From Diplonema japonicum (taxonomy: Eukaryota > Protista > Euglenozoa: Diplonemea), in the NCBI GenBank assembly GCA_964019335.1, contig OZ025651.1:248001-312000 (forward strand): a stretch of DNA of 64,000 nt. The letters run 5' to 3'. Each line of letters starts with the position of its first letter. Position 1 is the stretch's first letter. Positions 1-15,000 of the stretch are shown one piece after another. The position numbers were made by a program, and so were the translations under genes. The notes beneath the pieces are model-generated. The model did not search any database. It was not told the origin of the DNA and saw only the letters and a program-made list of their open reading frames with translations.

Positions 1-3000
1 AACGATGCCCCCACAACACAGTTGAAGGAGTCCATGAACGGAAGTGTGCCTCTCGCGCTCTGTGAACCGACCCCTAGGTTGTTCCCATCTATATCTAAAT
101 GCGGTCCTGCACAGGACGGAAGCTTCCTGTCAAGGTCAACAAGTTGCAAACCGTACTCTCGCGGCCTTGGAGAATTCAGGTAAAAGGACACCGTGCCCAC
201 ACCGTCTACCATAGTCACTATGTTGCCACCCACGAACTCAACACACTCACTTGTGCCGTCGCAATTTCCATGCCGTAAGCATAGGCCATTGACACAATCA
301 GCTGTGTCCCAAGCGGTTGTCGTTTCTTGTCCCTCGACAAACACCTGCACGCGTCTAGTCTCCTTGTCGCCTGTGGTTACATCGTTCCCGACGAAGTCCT
401 TTGTTGCGATTGTGATGTTGTATGGCCCAACTCTTCTGGAGGCCTTCCTCTGCTTTGCTAAAGCTGTTAAACCGAGCATAGCCTCAGAAACGCCAAGCTG
501 CGCTGGATCACCGATCTTTATGGGCCCCTTCATGCTACGTGCAGACGCCAAGCCTGATGTGCAGTCGGTTGCACTGATACAGGATGTTGACAGCTTGAAT
601 GTCGTGCGGCTGGGCGATTTGAGGATGTCCACCACGCTGGCTGCCAAGGTAGTCGCCTGCCGTCCTTGAGCCCCCGCACTGCAGGGTGTGCCATCAGTCT
701 TGAAGCCTGTTTTGCAGCACTGCACACGGTCTTCTGGTGTGAATTCCAATACTGAGAAGAGATTGATACAGTGGTACTCACACAAGGGCTGCATGGATGT
801 GATCGTACACGGGTCGCGCAGTTCGGCGCTTACGTCACAAGTTGTGTTCGTCTGGTTGACATGAAGAATGTACGACAGCCGTAGCTTCTCGTCGCCGTCG
901 TTGTTGACAGCAAAGCTAAAGAAGTCGCCGTACACAAAGAAGGGGTACCCATAGTCATCGGGCACAGCAGCATTGGACCTCACTCTCAGAGGGCTGTACT
1001 CACAGGGGCCTCCTGTGCATCCCTGGATGCATTTTGAGGTGGTAATATTTTCGGGCAAGCTCAGTGGTGGTATGTCATACCCGTACTGGGTCAGTGTGTC
1101 GCCATAGAACTCCCACGTCACGTTGTACTCCACATCTTCCTGAGCCCAGATGGACATTAGGCTGCCAGTGTTCCCCGGCACTCCGTATCCAGCCTCGCCC
1201 TGGTCGTTGAATGTCGGGTCGAAAATTCTGCGCAGAGTTGTTGCCTCCTGCGACATGTCGGACAAGGGAGGTGTGTTCCACCCACACAGTCCTTGCTGTG
1301 TACGGTCCTCAACACCCCACATGCCTAGGTCGCCTGGCTGTGGCTGCGAACACAGTCCTGCACTGTCGTCACTGCATTCAGGTCTGCATCGCGGCCAGGG
1401 GACAATCTCTTTCACTCTCACGAAAGTCGGGTTCTGTGCCGTGAACGTAGATACTATGTTCTCAGCAACGTCGAGCAGCACAAAACGCGGCTGTTTAGTG
1501 AGCTGCTTGTCGTTCGTGAGCGTGCTTGTCGGTATCAACTCGGGGTCAGCGAAACCCGCGTGATGGGGCAGCCCCTCTAGCACGGTGATGATCATCTCTG
1601 TAAACGCAATGCTTGGGTTCTCAGCCGTGACGCGAAGCAAGTATGTGCCCTTCGCAGGAGCCCTCATCCTTATAAGGGGATACTTCCCCATTGAGGACTT
1701 TAGACGGAGCAGTCTTGCTGTCTGCGCGATGGTCCCGTCCACTTCCACAACAGGAACGGCAGTATCGTATTTGATGGAAGCCAGCTGGCCTTTGCTTGAC
1801 GCTGTCGTGTTGAGGGGATGCACCGCGAGAGCGACGTTTATCTCATCCTCGACCCCGCTATAGTCTTCTCTTGTGTTGTAGTTGTAAAGAACGTCCTGGC
1901 CTGCGATCCATGCGCCGCCCCAGTTTAGCAACCCTTCGCTGTCATCAAGCACACCTATCGTGAGCTCATAGGTTTGCTCCTGTGCCGCCAGCCACCTTGT
2001 AATTGAGCCGTGCTGCCATTCGCCTGCTTCTGTCCAGAATTGCCCTCCTGCAAGGGTTACCCATTCAGATGCACGAATAACTGACTCTTCATTCATGAGC
2101 ACGTCGGTCAGTTGCAACAACCTGTAATTAAACTCCTCGTGCTGCAGCTGATCGTTGACGTAGTCGCCCGACTTTAGCTGCCTGATGCCCAACGCGTGGG
2201 AGTAGTTGAAGGGCAGTGCCTGTGCAAACCTGTACTGGTACTCCAATGATTTGTCATACGACGAGTCATCTTTGCTGAAGTCCGGCAGCTGTATCTCGGT
2301 GTTCCACATTCCTAACTGCATGCCTCTCCCCACGTACCTTTGGTAGTAGTTGCCCTTGATGTGCGACTCGTTAAAAGTAATCACATTTTCACAGGTCTCC
2401 CGCTGCTGAGGACACCTTGGCCCCAATACATCATTGCAGCACAACCCAGGGCTAACCTTGCTCATCCTTGGCACGCTGCGGAACTCACTCGGAAGCGGGT
2501 CGCAGCGGAGCGTGCAGCTATCGACAAATGTGGCGGGCACCTGTACGGCAAACGAGTCGTTCACAGCATGCCTGAACGTGCACTTATACTGCCCCACCTC
2601 ATGGAATGGTCTGGTGAGGTTCGTGAACGCCCATCCTTTGATCGTTATGGGAACCTCAGAGCCGATGGGGAGCTCCTCTGGCTCGACCCATGCCAGTAGC
2701 TTGTTTCCAACATAGTTGAAAGAACAATCCACCATATGCAGCTGTGATGTAAGGGACATTGGCGCGGCAAGCGGTGCCGACCTTCTCACCACTTCGAACT
2801 TCAGTTTGAAATACACTTCCCGCAAGGTATTTGGAGTAACAGAGGTGTCAACCTCGTACTGCAGGTCCCTACCAGTTCGGCCTGTGGACATGATGCTCAA
2901 CTGCTCGAAGGCATAACTAAAGTCTTCCTGCACTTCTGCGATTGCACTGGTTACGGCTAAAGTGGGCAGGCCTGACACTGCATCTAGCAAATAGCCATCG

Positions 3001-6000
3001 ATGTCATCCAGCGACGCCCTGATGTACAAGTCACTGCCTTCACCGACAACCTTGTTTCCTGCCACGTCCACGATCTTGAACGTAGGCTGTTGCGTGAGGG
3101 GGTCTCTGTTGTTGGAAAACAGCGGCGGTTCCGTCTCAAAGACAAGAGCGTGCGGTGTACCTCCAACCACCGTAAGGTCGATTGCGGTGCTTAGACCTCG
3201 CGGTGGGTATGTCAAAATAACTTTATAAGCACCCTCGGTCGGCCGCCTGACGTACAAACTATTCATGGCAGCAACGCCGCCAATTACTGGTACCTCAGTA
3301 GCACCTTCCAAGCCAAGCTCCGAGGTGGCGATGACAGAGCCCTGCGTGCTGTCAATCCACACATCGCCCAGCACCGTCCCCAACGCATCCTTAAAGATCG
3401 CTGTGATGTTCAATGGGTTTACTTCGGAGCTTCTGATCGTGATGCTGCGGCTCGACTCGCACGCTCCGCTTGAGCACACTGAACTGAAGACCACCATACT
3501 GCTAGGTGCACCTACGGCTGTGTAGTTCACGCCAGATGGAGAGTACAACTGCCCGTCCAGCGTCACCTCCAAGTAACCACTAAAAGGTGTGATCGAGACA
3601 GGCTGCAGACACAAAGCCTTCATAGTCGTCACAACCGTGCCTGGTACAGTGACTCCATTGACACGGCAGCTCATGGTGTCAGTGGCAAGGAAGTCGGACC
3701 CGGATACGGTGATGAGCACATCTTGATTTATGGGACCGAAGGTACCAAAGGCAGCTCTTTGCTGCTGCACCACTGCACCATCAACAATGTCCAGGTATGT
3801 TGCAGGGCCGGGGACTTTGAGCCCATCCAGAGGGACATGCACCGCCCAGTTGCCCGATGTATTGTATGTCCCCAAAGCATGGACGGTAGGACGTGTGATG
3901 TGTCTTGTTGCGAATGAGTTCTCCGTCCACCTGTCGTCGGGGCCGATGGACACCTCCAGGGGTAGCCACTGGCATGACGAGTACTGATCCGGTTTATTCG
4001 CGAAGCACGTGATCTCAACAGCAAGGCTTGTTACTGTTTGAGTGCAGCTGGAGATTACATCACCAATTCGCATTCTATGAGCATACAAATAGCGGGGAAG
4101 CCCCACACCTGTGATAGTTACTTCTGTCATGCCGGGTTCGCCTGCATCGATCACAGTCGGCGAAGCGTACAGCACGTCGTACATGTTGAACACAGAGAGT
4201 AGCAGGGCCTCGGTGTTGATAGACACGGTGAAGAGCGCCCTGCGCAGTAGGTCGGGGTGCATCGCCACGAGGGTTTCATCCCTTTCCAAAGCACGTGTGT
4301 AGTTTGTTGTCAACGACACAACATTGATTTTTGTGATGATTGACCACCTGTTGAGTGCCTCCCCCGTCGCCACATAGGCAAACTCCGTGTCGTGATCCAC
4401 CGTAGCGCTTGTGATGCCGTAGTCGCCCTTGAAGTTTGCTATGGTCCAGCGGATGAATACACACACACCGTTTTCCCACATGCACTGCGCATCCAAGCAT
4501 GCCTGCTTGTCAGTAATGCCAGTTGTCTCCAACTCGTCAACAGGCTGGGCTTTAATATTGCCTGTTCCCATCTTATATAGCACGTATCTTGCGGTGTCCC
4601 CGTCGGGACTGGTGCGGATGAGCAGTAGCACCACGTCTTTGTGTAGGCCGCGCTGATTCGTTTCAAGTATCTTTTCGATCTGTGTACATTTCACTGCATA
4701 GCAGATCTTCATTGCTAAAGGCTGCGTGTAGGTCATCACATGTGTCGGCAAAAATACAGTTTGCACAACGGGTAGCTCGTTGACCTCTCCGAACAACAGA
4801 GCGTACGGCGTCCCATCATCCACATTAACGTACATGGATGAGATAACAGACAAAGCAGGGTTGAATGACGCAAGCTCCAACTCTTGCGTGTCAACAACAC
4901 CGTGGAAAAGCGCCAAACGCCTCAAAACATATCTCACAGGCATGAGCACGCCGTCTTCCCCACGTCGGGATTCCAGTAGCACGGCAACGAAGTCGTAGGC
5001 AAGTCCCTCGTGAGGGTAGTACGCATGTGCGATCACCTTGTACTCATTGTTGGTTCCAGTCAGCATTATCACAGCTCTCTCCGGTTTCAGTTCTTTCAGA
5101 TCAACCCACAACCCACTGCAACCAGCAGCGCATTCTGTCCCGGTGCACAGCCTGCCATCACTTACCTCAATGCAAGCCCTCCCCGCCTGTATGCCGCGTA
5201 CAATACCATTGATACCATTATAAGTGACCTCAGTACCAGCAGGGCAGCCGCCAAACTTCTGTGCCACTGTCTGGTTTGTGCAGTCGCATTCAGTGTCCAG
5301 AGTATACCCCGGAATGCCTTGCATCCCCGGGAACAATGGTACTTTACCACCCACGTGAACCCTTGCGACGTAAGGTTGTGCGGCGTTCACCACCACGTAC
5401 ACGTAATTAAGGATGTGTAAGAGACCCAACACATTGCTACCAAACACTTCGCCATCGGCGTTGGTGATGTGTGCAGACCACTCAATGTTGGGAGTGCCCC
5501 CGAAGTTCACGGACTCTGTCGTACTTTTAGACCAGACGTTTACTACTAAGCTATTCGTGGTTGTACGGCCAGCTGCTGCGAACATATACTCCACATCGGT
5601 GCCTTTCACATGGAGCACAGCCCCTGTGATGCTCTTAATGTTCGTGTGTTCTTTTCTGATTGTGATTGGTCTAGACACCTGGGGCCCACCCCCAGCTACC
5701 GCGGGGTAGCATGTGGCGCCCGTGTAGCCTTCAGCACAATCATCACACCTCTCACCGCCATAATGCCCTCGCACGTCATCACTGTAACACTGACACACAC
5801 CCGTCATCTGTTCGCAGACGCCTCGTAAGTTGCATCGACACTCTTCTGTGCACTTCTCTCCCCAGTACATACCGCTACACGTAGTGCAGTTCGTTGCGGG
5901 GTCCCAGTGTCCCTGTACACCGTTGTCGGCACATCTGCAAGGGGCGCTCGGGTTGTTGATGAACACCTGACAGCTGCCCCTACCGTGACAGTCAACTTCC

Positions 6001-9000
6001 GCGTCACACAGGATGCACCCTGTAACTGCAGCATGCCAGTTGTTGCTTGTGTCACAATGACACGCGCCTCCTTCACATACACCATTTCCTAAAACACAGT
6101 CGGCACATGAATGGATGCACAGCGTGCCAAAATAGCCGTCTTTGCACAGCGAGCAGTCGTCGCCTACCCAGTTCCCAGTGCATGTGTCCGGTTGGCAATT
6201 CCCGGTTAAGCGATTGCACACACCATACAAACACGAGCACTTTCTCAAGCATTCGTTGCCCCAGAAATCCTTAGCACAATCATTGCAAGTTTCACCAGAC
6301 CAGAAGCCCAGAACCTCGGTCTTGTGACACGTACACGTCCCATCTTCTGAACACTCGCCGTGCTCGCACTCACACTTCTTTGTGCAGTCTCTACCATGAA
6401 ATTCCGGGTTGCACTTGCACATGAGTAAAGTGTTGTCGGTGTCCGGGTCAGGCACACACGTGCCTTGAGATGGATCACAAGTAGCAGGGCTGCACTCGTC
6501 TAGATACTCCTCACAAATGCTGCCGTTATATCTGAAGTGGCAGTCAAGGCAGAATGTTCCTGACCAGTGGCCCTTCACCTCACTTCGAATACAGTCACCA
6601 AAAGATGGGTTCTGGAACCGCCCTGTTTCAGTGTACGCTACCGTTAAACTGTAGTCGGCATGCGTGAATGCCAGTACCCTGACCACTGCAAACGCCGTGT
6701 TCAGTGGTGTCATAAGTCGGCAAGTCTCTAACGCGTCAGTTGAGATCCTATCACACGCCTGGTGTTCCTCGAATTGTGTCAGGGCATCTGTTGTGAATAA
6801 GGTGGGCAGATCCTGCAGGCCTGCAAAAGCTCCTTTGGAACCTTCTATAACTAGCTGTGTGCTGCTCTGGGCATTAGTGGCGGCTTCACTCGTTGCTGAA
6901 ACAATCTCGAGCATTGGCGAGTATGCGCTGTTTGTGGATATCTTATACCCAGGCACTGCTGCCCCGAGAGTCACGCAACCAGTTTCCCTGCAAATATCAC
7001 CCCATTCACTATGGTACTCCCTTGGCAGGAACGCAGGGCGGCAGCTATCACTATCCAACTTCAGCCCTATTGTAAGGTTGCGGACCCCTGGTGACGTGCC
7101 CCACTTCTCCTGGAGGAACGACGCCAAGTCAAAGACGGTCTCCTTACCGAGAACGGTACTTTGGATGGGGAGGGTGTGCTTGAGGTTGCCTTCGGTGAAT
7201 CCCATGGCGTCGATCTTATCGGATGTGAGGGAAGCTTCGACCCAGTCATGTCCGTTGTGGTGCAGCCATGCGGTTTCCGTCGACAAGTCGTACAACTGCA
7301 AGACAGCTGGGTCAGTGCAAGAACTGGAACTCTGGTACACCGTGAAGAAAGCGCTCTGGACTCCGTTCTCCGTCGGTGGGTACACGATGTCGAGCCACGA
7401 AAAGACGGCAACGTTTGTCGTGCTGACATAATACGGTGCGGGCGATCTTCCGCAGCAAGGCTCAGCATCGTTATAACTACCCGTGCAGTCCTGTGTACAC
7501 TGGTTAGCAGCAGGGCCACACGCCCCGTCACACTCCACACTTGACGCAGTAGCATCCCCCGTTACAGTGTAGACCGTCTTACTCTTCGCAGTGCTAGGTT
7601 CTTCGCAGTACAAACCCGAACGCCCTTCACCGCAATTGCAAGTGCCGTTTCCGCGTATCCCGTCAAAACAAGGCAGCCCGCTACAAGGAAGCGGCACACA
7701 GCTGCCCATTACAACTTCGCACGCAATGTCGCGCATGCACGAATCAGTGCTCAAACCACCACAGTATGCGCCAGACGGAACTGGGCACTGCAGGTTGCAG
7801 CCAGGGCTGTAGTACCCTGGGGAGCAGTCCTCGCACTTCTTGCGAACAGGGTCAATGATCCCAGTCATCACACCTATCACACGCGGCCAGCTTTCCCTCC
7901 AGGCGAAGCCGCCCATGCGGTACATTTCGCTGCCCTTCATGTGCGTCCCTTTAACTTCACCGCTAGCAGTGCTTGACCTCTTGTCCAACCACAGACTGTG
8001 GTAACCAGCAAACCACCACCCATTGCGAGGCTGGTCCCACTCACTATTAAGAGAGTACTGGCGAGCATCGGGATGATTGGTTGTTGGGTAGATGAATTCA
8101 TCAGGGTCAGACGACTTCAGGCTACACTTGAGGCACCCTCTCGGCAGGTGCACTGCCCCATTCGTGTCAGTGACACAGCCTGGGTCGGAAGCATTGCACA
8201 TGGAGCCAGCAAGAGACGGCAGGGTCTCTGGTTCAGAGAGAGTGAAAGTGCCCTCACTGCAGCAGTGCTTGTTGGGCACACCGGCACCATCTTCTGAACC
8301 CCCTTTAAATAAAGGAACAGGTTCTTCAAAAACTGCAGGGCTGCTTCCCACGCTGTACAGGATACGGTTACAGCCATCGTAGGCGGGTACGTTGATTCCT
8401 GTCATAACCTTTGTGACAAGATCCCCTGTTGCGATGTCCTGCAGTCTCCCAGGGGGGTAGCAGCTGCCCACGTCATTGTAGCCATCGTTGACTTGCGTGG
8501 TGTTGTAGCCCCAGTACAGCAGCTTGGACTTCCACTCGGTGAACCCATAGGCACCTGCCACATCCATTTCCCACTGCTTCTGCAGTAAACCTTCGCTTGT
8601 GCTGACGAAGACTAAGACTTCTTTTTCCTCCTTCGAGAACTGCGGGTATCTTGTGGTGTCGTCCGTTGTGAGGTGCACACCAAGGTTCGTGAGCCCGCCA
8701 ACGTGCATCACAAAAAACACGCCAGTCTCGGCAGGGGTAAGCCATTTGGGGTCTGCATGCTTTGCGTTGCCGGTGTCCACACGAATTGGCTCATTGGTGC
8801 CGTCCCACGACCACAGCCCTACGTGACCCCTGTTCTTGTTCACACATTTGAAAGTGTTTTGATACGTGTGCCCTTTGCGTGCACAGGGTGAGGCCAAGCA
8901 GTCGCCCGACGAACGCACATTCCCGTCTGGTTTGCCTAACGACAGCAAAATATGATTGTCCACAACAGCAGGCTTAAAGTACCCCCTGTTCAGAGGTGGT

Positions 9001-12000
9001 ATAGAGGGAATGAGGACTGTGCCTTCGTGCTTGATGTGCACGATCTCTGCCTGAGTCATACGCCGGTTCCAACGCCACAGCTTCATCCCTGTGCCATTGT
9101 CGTAGTAGAAGTACACGTGACCATTGAACACGGTGAACCCAGGGTGGCTCTGCACGTGTTCGCATTTTGCTGGCAACGGCGTGACTGCGGGCATTGCAAT
9201 CTGCACTGCTTTTGAGGGGTCACCAGTGGCTACCCAAACACCAAGCATCGTGGGGATTGGGTGCATGTAAGGCGCTTTTTCACCACCGTAACCAATGTCA
9301 CTAGGTGCATACTGCTGATCTTCAAAACGGTACAAGTTCTCTTCTCCCAACAGAAGCAGGAGACTCTCACCTGCCAAATCCACATAAGTCGGGTAAAACG
9401 GAAAGATGACATTCAAAGCTATCAGCTCAGGTGGCCCAACCGGTGTCGCTCCGAACTCACCAAATCCGGGAGTTAGGAGGTACCTCCATAGCTGCGGTGC
9501 GAGTGTTGACCTAATCTGTGGCTGTTGGTCAGCATTAGGAATAGTTACCACAGGAGTGCCGCCGTTAGCAACACCACAAAAGACTAACATTTCCTTGTTG
9601 TACCCGGGCTTGTTTGACGGCATCTTGAGTAGGTCCTTGGCCATCGTGAACACACGCATCCCAAGCAGCTGGTTGCGCAGCTCAGTCTGACTCGCATCAA
9701 AATCCGGGTATGTGTTCCTTCCGTGTTTGTATTTAGCATAAGTGTGGTTATGCGCAACGGAACCCTCCACCACCTCCGTAGGCAGGCCGATGGAGTACAT
9801 GATTTCACGCGCTCCCTGGTAGACTTCTCCTGCTTCGCCCCATACTGTGCCGCAGGGGGCACTATCGCCATACTGTGCCTCCCAGTCAGTCGTCGCAAGG
9901 AAGTACATAAGATCACCAACTTGCACGAAATCAGTTGCATCTTGATATGTCGCTTCTTGGAGGTTGTTGCACTCACACGTCCCGTTGCCGCATTCTCCGT
10001 ACCGAGACTCGTTGGTCACGTACCTATACATGAAGTAAGAGTCGTCCTCGACGTTCATGGTCTCAGAAGTCATCATCCGCAAGTAGGGTTGTCCCCCTTG
10101 CTTCGCTGAGAGTTCTGAATCCTCGACAGTCACGAAAAGCATGCCGGGTGCGTGGTTTGCTTCCTTCTTCAGAACAAACTCCGCTTTCGTGTAGTTTGGC
10201 TGACAGGAGATGTCACCTTCGGTCACAATCACAAACGACAAGTCAGCATACTCGTGAGCATGGCGAGAGACATACAGCTGCATCCAGTACGTGATGTCGA
10301 TGTCCATGATCTCGCCCTCCTTAGACACGAAGTGGGTGTACGATCCAACCTCACCATAGAACCTAGATGAGGCATTGTAACCAATCCACTGCAGTTCTTC
10401 GTGCTGCCAGAGGTCATTGACGGTCCCAGCCAACGAGCTGTTCCATGTATACTCCAGGTTGTGAAGGTGCGCAACGCACACAAAACCTTCGCATACCGTC
10501 TTATCAACTTCGTCATTCTTTTTCTGCAGCTGATGGCAGATACCGTCGACACACGAGATGCTGTCAGGCACGCTGCAGATGCCCCTCAAGCATGTCAGAC
10601 CAGTGTCACACACGCACTGCTTCACAGAGGCGTTGTACTGGGCATTACTCCCGCAAACCCTGTCTGGGTACGGACTGTATACACCGCAAGGGACTACGCC
10701 CTCCGGCCATTCCGTGGCGTTCCACATCAGTGGCACGTTGTTGGGCTGCGTGGCGTACACCACCACACGCTGCCCCACACACGCAGCTGCTTTGCCCAGG
10801 GTCAGTCGCAGGGCAGAATAGTAGATGGCACCAGGCGCTTTTACTTCTTGCCACTGCAACCATACCCTCATTGGAGCAGAAGATCCACCGAAGGCAGGCA
10901 CAGTCTTGCATGCTGTAAGCACACCTTCATCATTTGCAAACATGCACTCGGTGCTTGGGTACACATTCACCCCTGGTGTGCCATCGCAATAGCCTCCATC
11001 GCACTCCGTGTTTGTGTGGTCCCAGTTGCCAAGGTCTTCGTCTGCAAAGCAGGTTTCGCAAGTGTCCTCCCCAGAACACTCACCGCGACCCCCGCAGCAC
11101 TGCTTGCTGCAATCAACACCAGTGTATCCGCGGTCGCAAGTACATTGTGTGGTTCCGTCTTCTAGGAGCATGCACTCGCCTCGACCCGAGCAGACATGAG
11201 CTACTTCACCTTTCTTCAGGTGCCCGCCTGCATTCTGCCCTGGGCATGGCAAGAAGGAAATATACATGTCAGCATCACCATTTTGTGACAGCAGTGTTGC
11301 ATCAAATAGTGTTTCTGCTTGCGTGCGATACACATAAAACTGATTCCTCCCTAGTGCCAAGCTACTGTCCTGACTCGCTGTGGTCCGAGGTCCGCTGAAC
11401 GTGGCACAGTTGTCACCCTCGTAGCCTGTCTTGCAGAACGAACAGTTAGAGTGAGTTCTTTGGTCCCAGAAGCCGTTCTGGAAATCTTCGTAGCAGTCAC
11501 ATCGTGTCTCAGTCAGATCGTAGCCTGTGAAGTCTACCGCTGAGTGCTCCGTGCACGAATTCTGACCTGCGCAGCACAGACCTCTGCCATTGCAGCACGG
11601 CTGTACAATCTGTATTTGCAGACCCACAACGGAGCGGGATTTTGTCTTTATGTAGAGTTGTACCCATTCTTTGTTGGCGCTGATAGGGATGCTACACTGA
11701 GGAGGCGTGCAAACCACCCAGCATTCCTTATGGCTTCCTGTTGAGCAGTCGGATGTTATCACTTGCACGGCACTCGAGTATGTCTCTAGCATTGACTTCA
11801 CATGAATGAACTTCAGTCGGAACCACCCTGAGTTGCTGATGCCCAGCCCTGACAAGCCGAACTCCACAGCACTCTCGGTCACAGTCATTAGGCGATTCCC
11901 CAAGATCTGCGTTGATTCTTCATCCACACAGTCCGAAGTGTCCCACACGTACTCGGTGAGGTTAACTGATGCGCTTGGTTGCAACACAGACACGGCTGCC

Positions 12001-15000
12001 AACTCTTCCGGAGTCATGGGCCTCCCACATCTCTGGAGCACGGCATAGATCTTGTCATTGTTCAAAGCAGTAACCCTGCCATTCTTATCGCGCACAGTCA
12101 GTGTGTAGGCAAGGACATCCTTGTTCGATGTGGGAACCTTCCTTTCGTCCTGTTCGCTCTCCACTCTCAATGACGAGGGCATGTTGAGATCGAAGACATC
12201 GGAGATCAGCCTCATCTTATTATTGTAAAGCATCAGGTACTCTGAGAACAGTATGGTGGGATACCCTTTTGCTGCTGCCGCACCGACGATGGGAAGCGGA
12301 GGGCTGATGGAGAAGAATTCATCATGCTTCTTCGTAGAGACAATAGAGTTCATATGAAGTACCTTCCATGAGTCAGGGACCACCGTGCCAGGCGGGTACT
12401 CATATGGCTGGGGGTACTCCTTGTTCAAGGCAGAAAGGATATTGTCACCACAGGTGCATCTTTCACCGTTCACACAGCAGTAGTCACTGGTGTTTGCCCA
12501 CACACGAACTTCTGTATCTTTAATGAAGACGATATCGTCGTCAATGGTAATTATTGCGTCCCATGTGCCAGTCTCCAGACAGCTCCTCTCTGCCACGCCA
12601 AGGTTTGCAGCGCAGAGTTCCCCATACCCAGCGTGGAGAATGTTGACTAGCTCTCTCCCAGGAACAGAAGGCATTCCAAACATGTTGGAAATGTCACTAG
12701 AGAAACTGTCAGAGAAGGTCAGCTTACTGTCAATGTCCGTGGCAGTACAGATCTTGTCTCCCTTGACAAAGAGTATCCACTGCACGTCATTCAGGACGAG
12801 GTATATCACCGCATCGTAGTCTCGATCGTAGTCCGTCCCAAAGGAAGATGCACATGACTCCAACGCACAGCTGTCGTAATACACAGCGATTTCCTCTTGA
12901 CACACTTTCTCGAAACTGTTTTCGTATCTATACACGTGAACCATGTCACCTATAAACAGGTGAAGCAGCGTCTCGCCAGGGTTCCCTGCACAAGTAGCAG
13001 GAATATCTGCAGGTGCGGTGCCGTAGTACGCAGCATCGATAACGCCTGTGCTTGCCTTCGTTGTCGTATCAACTTCCACGCTTGTCACGTGCCCTTCTGT
13101 CGCGGTCATTGTCATCAGCTCGATCTCAGAAGAGTTTTTAATAGTCACATTGATGTTGGAAGGGCCCATCACTTTCCAAGGCGGCGGGCGGAATACTGGG
13201 TCTGCTTCCGTCAGCGTAGTGCTGAATGAGAACACCACAGCTGCTTGTGACTCGTTGCAGTAAGGCCCGTACATGTGTAGGTCTGGGTTACAGTCTTCAC
13301 ACAAGTCGCCTGACCATCCTCCGAAGCACAAGCATTTATCGACGACAGGGTCGTACACCCCTTGGGCTATCCCCGCCTCACTGACCACACACTGGCGGGT
13401 ACACGGTTCGCTGGTCCCTTGTGCTGGTCTAGGGAATCTTCCAGGTGCGCACTCAGTACACGTCAGCTCGCCATTGATCACAGAGCCATGGTTCACATTG
13501 CACACACACTTCATTGATGGCACGGAAGGGTTCCCATCTACACCAGGCACCCATGGAATAGCGAGCACACAGCGACCGTACACTTTCCCATCTTGTGCAG
13601 GACCACTGCAACTGTCAAAACACTGCTTTCTCGGGTAGCAGACCTGCAAGCTCAGGTTGCTCTGCTGAGCACCAGCCGTCACCATAACAGAGAAGGGCCC
13701 GCAAGCGTTCAAGATAGCAACTTCGTCAGCCGCGCTATCCTCATAGGGGGATCTGAAGTGGTATTGCGTGACAGTCGAATCAGCGTAGATGTCCATATTA
13801 GCAGCGCCACCAACCATAATACCCATCCTGGCGCTGCCTGCAAGGAGAGTCTTGGCCACACGCAGGGTGGTCGGTCCAGGAAGCGGCTCTTGACCATCAC
13901 CAACAGTTGCGTAGGCCATGTAATCGTTGCGGTATGTCTCATAAGGTTCCAAGGTGCGTGTCTCGGTATTGCACCACTGCGTGAGTTGCGAGTCTGTGTC
14001 ATAGTCGCCGGTGCAGGGCAGCTTCGCACAAGGGTCGCACGTGGTGAAAGCACCGGAATCGTGGAAGTCAACAGGCTGCGGACATGTGGGACCGTTACTC
14101 GTGATGCTGCACACAAAGTCGGGAACAGCGATCCCCACCCCTACGAGCTTTATGTACTCCACTACGTCGACAAGAATGCCTCCAACGAAAGTACCTTCAA
14201 TTTCACGGAGGGATTTGTCAAGAGTTGCTTTAGCATCCGTCGCAGGGACAAAATCAAGTTCGAAACGAGCCTCAGTGAGCATGTACCCCTGCGGGTCGCT
14301 CAAAGTGCGTGCAGTCCTCCTCAAGCTAGTGATGTCTAGCAAACTGGTTTCCAGGATTTCCTGGTAGTACCTGCACGCCGTTAGCGGTGACGACCTGGCG
14401 TTCCTCCAGCACATTTTCCATATTTTATAGGCATTCAGCACCATCTGCGAGAGACCCACGGACTCAAAGAGAGCTTTAAGACTGTTTATTACATTATTCA
14501 GTGCTGTGACGCCGGCCGCTGTTGGCGACGCCAGCATCGTATCAAAGAACGACTGCAGCACATCGAAACGGATACCAACGACAAGGTCCACTCGGACGTC
14601 GTCCTTCTTCTTGCACAGACACGGAGAGGCCTTCGAGCACTTTGTCTGAGGGGTTCGGGAACTGCTACACGCCGCATTCTCCCACACGCAACCGCTCAAA
14701 GCTAAACAAGACTGCTGTGACGTTGCACCGGGGCACGTGTCCTGTCTCATGAACCACAAGTTTTTCGCATCTACCTCAGCAGAACACCCACCCTGCCACA
14801 TGCTCTCCTGCTCCCCTGTATAAGGGAGTGCCTTCCCAAGATCAGAGACAACAGGGTAGCCTCCATAGCTGCCCAGGTTCCCATCTGCCACAGACCATCC
14901 CAAAAGGTTGCATGCTGCAGCCCTGCAAGTGGCCTCGTCAGTGATATCCTCGATGAAGTAGTAGGGGATATTGTCAAAGGCGTTCGCAGGGAGTTCCCCT